Assembly (NCBI RefSeq): GCF_001194135.2
Contig: NC_068984.1
Coordinates: 6,268,566-6,332,565 of the forward strand
DNA from: Octopus bimaculoides
Taxonomy: Eukaryota
Direction: 5' to 3'
DNA: 64,000 nt
Below, piece by piece: positions 61,520 through 64,000 of the stretch (the stretch's first letter is position 1; every line of letters starts with the position of its first letter). Both the position numbers and the translations under genes were made by a program. The notes under the pieces are model-generated. The model worked only from the letters and a program-made list of their open reading frames with translations, had not been told where the DNA came from and did not search any database.

Positions 61520-62640
61520 TAATCCTTTCTGCCTGAAATTTTGAGCTAGGGAGTTAAGTGTGATAACATTAACCCCAGTGTTCAACTCGTACTTATTCTA
61601 TTGACCTAGAAAGGATGAAAGGCAAAGCTGACCTTGGAAAAATTTGAACTCGGATATTAAAGACCAATGAAATGCTGCTAAATATTCTGCTTGGCAGGCT
61701 AACAATTCTGTTAGCTTGACCACTTTAATGATATTAATAATAATAATGGTTTCAAATTTTGGTACAAGGCCAGGAATTTTGAGAGAGGGGTTAAGTCAGT
61801 TACATCAACCTGAGTGCTCAACTGGTACCTATTCTATTGATCCCAAAAGGATGAAAGGCAAAGTCATCCATGAGAGAATTTGAACTCAGAATGTTAAGAC
61901 AGATGAAATGTCACTAAGCATTTTGCCTGGCATGCTAATGCTTCTGCCAGCTTACCACCTTAATCATAGTAATAATCCTTTCTACTAAAAGCACAAGGCC
62001 TGAAATTTGGTGGGAGAGGACCAGTTAATTACACTGACCCCAGTATTTCACTGGTACTTAATTTATTAACCCCAAAAGGAGGAAAGTGGAGGTTGATAAA
62101 TTAAGCAATAATAATAGTGAGGATTTTAAGATTGATACTTAGGTGTTAAGTATTATGGAAAGGGATCGTGTGAGACTTTTGACAACAGATTGCTATCCTC
62201 TCTTACAGAATTAACAAGAGCAAGAAAAATCAAGAGCTTTGAGAAGTAAAATGGAAATAATAATAATCATTTCAAATGTTGGCACAAGTCTAGCAAATTT
62301 AGTGGGTGGGGTTAGTTGATTACATCAATCCCAGTTCTTGGCTGCTACTTTATTTTATTGACCCTATAGGACTGTAAGGTAGTAAAGAAATGAAACAAAT
62401 ACCACAATGCATTTTTTCCAATGGTCTAATGATTCTGCTAGCCTAGAAATTGATGATGATGATGATGATGATAATGATTTCTTACATCAATGAATTTCTT
62501 AAGAAGCACAAAGCCAAAATCTTAGGTGAAAAAGAAATCAATTAAATTAACCCCAGCATTTGATGAACAGCCATTTCATTGACACTAAAAGGATGAACGG
62601 CAAGTGACAAGATTTGAACTCAGTTTGCAAAGTGATGCAA
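61520..62640 (-). mobile_element. Cluster of five family B (Meta-like) SINE copies, same orientation
   Basis: Copies at ~61520-61726, 61745-61960, 61972-62085, 62260-62445 and 62480-62640; most retain aaaggatgaaaggcaaag...atttgaactc or a recognisable variant, and they are separated by (aat)n/(gat)n tails. Confidence 0.8.
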
Positions 62641-63614
62641 TCAATCATCATAATACATTAAAACTGTCACTTGTACAGAGTCACAAATTTGTAAAGAGAG
62701 CAAATGTAAACAACATAATAATTATCCTTTTTATTATTGTTATTATCATTGTTACTCTTAGGGTGGATGGCACCTGATATATCCAACTATATCTCTATTC
62801 TGAGCTCGAATTGATTTTGCTCTTCATACCTCCAGGTTCGATAAAACCAGAACCAGATGTATACCTCAGTTGACTCAATCAATTGAATTCTAATAAATTT
62901 ATGGCCTAATACAAGAACAAAAATCATTATCATTATTAGCAGCAGTAGCAATATCAACACTATCATCATTATACTAATTATTCTAAAAATAAATCCATTA
63001 GACATAAATCTTAATTTAGCTTTTGAATTTTATTTTAGATTTTGAAACATGCCTTGAGTACTAATTTGATTCGAGCTACATACCTAAGACAAGCTTAGTG
63101 TAGTTAAATTCAAATATTTTAATTTCATTGCAAATTTCAGTGTTTAGCTTTAAATCAAATTTGAATATTTGATGCAATTGTATTAACAATTGCAATTTTT
63201 ATTGATTTTATAAAAATTAATTTGAGAATAAATTGAAATGAGAATTTAACATGCATAAAAATCAGTAATAATTTCTATAACATTCACTGGAGAGCTTTCT
63301 CTACAGCCAAATGAATGTGTGAGTTCTGTTATAAATGTTATTGGTGTAATTTGCATTTCATTTAACAAGAAAAGTTATTTTGCAAGATAATATGTATGAA
63401 TGGTTGAGTGTACTATGAGTGTGGTGAATAACTGAATCACTGCTACACCATTTAAAACAGTGGTATTTAGTAGTATCTTTCTATGTTCAGATGTCAAATC
63501 CCTCTAGGGTCAGTTTTATTTTCCATCGTACTAGGGATGATAAAATACATATCAGTCAAACATTAGGTTAGACTTAATTGACTATATTCTTCCTAAAATC
63601 CAATAATGTTGTAC

Positions 63615-63872
63615 CCCAAAGAATTCCTCTCAACACATGGCTATGATGCTCCCCCACTACTTCTGCTCATGATCAGAGATGTACATATCGTCAGCCACTA
63701 AGGGACATGCTCAACTGGTTAAGGTCAAGCAACTGACAAACAAATCTGTGGTATTGAGCAGAATATTTACTGTAGCCCATCTTTTATACCAAGACAAAAC
63801 AATGTACATGATAACACTTCCAATCAATTAAGATTAAAAGCCATGAGAGCCACTGCCTGGTACTGCATCATT
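63615..63872. mobile_element. Unclassified dispersed repeat, GC-richer than the flanks
   Basis: aaagaattcctctcaacacatggctatgatgctcccccactacttctgctcatgatcagag...gcctggtactgcatca is recalled as a cephalopod repeat; single copy in this window. Confidence 0.4.
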
Positions 63873-64000
63873 ATTATTGTACCCGGTGCAAGCTATGGAC
63901 ACATAAGAGGTGCAGCAACATCAAAGGCAGGTTAACTAGCAAGTTAGTTTTTGTTTGTGGCAGATGTTCAGGTGCAATAAAGACTGCAAACAAACAGGAA

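Overview
AT-rich, repeat-saturated eukaryotic genomic DNA with three short N gaps (267-276, 28372-28414, 52047-52689). The repeat families (tRNA-headed SINEs with internal (TA/TG)n, RTE-type LINE 3' ends with (GAT)n tails, a Meta-domain-like SINE) look like those I associate with coleoid cephalopods, most likely Octopus. That assignment is from recognition, not a search. There is no complete protein-coding gene, rRNA, true tRNA or CRISPR array, and nearly all track ORFs are microsatellite- or retroelement-derived. The window reads like one long intron or an intergenic interval. The most notable observation is a decayed minus-strand transposase relic at ~19.37-19.85 kb. It retains the RAG1/Transib C-terminal catalytic region (WISLTPTMLKLLSH ... 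DESGLEACNK ... WL) and a CX2CX3GHX4C tail like that of invertebrate RAG1-like (ProtoRAG-type) proteins. Other highlights are a 107-bp fold-back hairpin (12262-12483), a consensus zero-length AG|GTAAGT recursive-splice-like site (57450/57451), several candidate exons and microexons (best 32178-32227), and a homogenised 66-bp tandem expansion inside an RTE 3' UTR. Tc1, CR1-group, Penelope-like, Helitron-like and MITE remnants are also present.
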